A DNA stretch of 64,000 bases from Felis catus (Eukaryota), in assembly GCF_018350175.1 (NCBI RefSeq), contig NC_058384.1, forward strand, positions 38,006,001 through 38,070,000, given 5' to 3'. Made by a program: the position numbers and the translations under genes. Shown here piece by piece: positions 63,491 to 64,000 of the stretch (its first letter is position 1; the number at the start of each line of letters is the position of its first letter). The notes beneath the pieces were generated by a model, which did not search any database, had not been told where the DNA came from, and saw only the letters and a program-made list of their open reading frames with translations.

Positions 63491-63882
63491 TGTTAGGATG
63501 TCCCTGGAAAGGGATGACCCTCTCGCCAGCGCACCGAAGAAACATTGCCAGCACCCCGGAACAAACTGAAGGTCAACCAATCACCCAGCGCCAGCACCAT
63601 CCAACGGAAAGCCCCAAGCGGCTCTCCAGAACGAACTGAAGGTCAACCAATTACTGAGCAACAGCACAACGTGGCACGAGAGAAGGTCCCACCGGAGCCC
63701 AAACCCGGAACTGCTACAGCTTAAAAACCCTACCCCACCATACCCGGGCGCGAATTCCCTGACTCTCTCCTTGAGTCACGGAACCTCGCCTGGAACCTTA
63801 GTTCCCAATAAAGCCTTAAACTGCAAAAATTCTTTTTGACTCAAACTCCTATCTTTACCCCGCACAACGCCTGACACTAACA
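63491..63882 (+). mobile_element. Relatively young solo ERV LTR (ERV1/gamma-like layout)
   Basis: Terminal inverted repeat TGTTAG..CTAACA; duplicated U3 module; TATA-like cttaaaa ~63720; gggcgcg R start; AATAAA 63807-63812; many CpGs retained. Confidence 0.88.
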
Positions 63883-64000
63883 CCTTCTGTAGTTTTTTTG
63901 AACGTCTCATTCTCTCATACATATGTTTTTGAAAAAGTTGTTTTCTTTTCCTAGAATTTTCTTCATCAGATATCGCCTTCTATTGGAGGTTCAAGACATG

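Noticed and set aside
63559-63651. Two 23-bp direct repeats with a spacer (CRISPR-like)
   Set aside because: Only two copies, inside a retroviral U3 in a mammalian genome; an enhancer duplication.

Overview
Mammalian non-coding DNA, AT-rich and CpG-depleted, from a felid. The young cat-type tRNA-derived CanSINEs (SINEC_Fc) and an L1_Fc-type 3' UTR point to that lineage. No intact protein-coding gene, RNA gene or CRISPR array is supportable. The ORF track is dominated by short chance ORFs, repeat-derived ORFs and ORFs running through N gaps. Much of the window is interspersed repeat: about 15 CanSINEs (many with target-site duplications, TSDs), L1 pieces of several ages, L2, MIR, MaLR/ERVL/ERV1 LTRs and MER20, plus microsatellites and eight N runs of 128-160 bp. 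The most notable items are: (1) a GC/CpG-rich, gene-like insertion at ~33.6-34.95 kb on the minus strand that looks like a decayed retrocopy of a gene I cannot identify; (2) a young 5'-truncated L1 with a perfect 15-bp TSD and an apparent short 3' transduction; (3) a CpG-rich solo ERV LTR at 63.49-63.88 kb with duplicated AAGGTCA+CCAAT modules and an R-region hairpin; (4) an LTR-int-LTR MaLR remnant fused tail-to-tail to another MaLR LTR; (5) two dense transcription-factor motif clusters. I found no convincing evidence of a wholly new biological system. Repeat subfamily names come from recalled consensus sequences and need Dfam/RepeatMasker confirmation.
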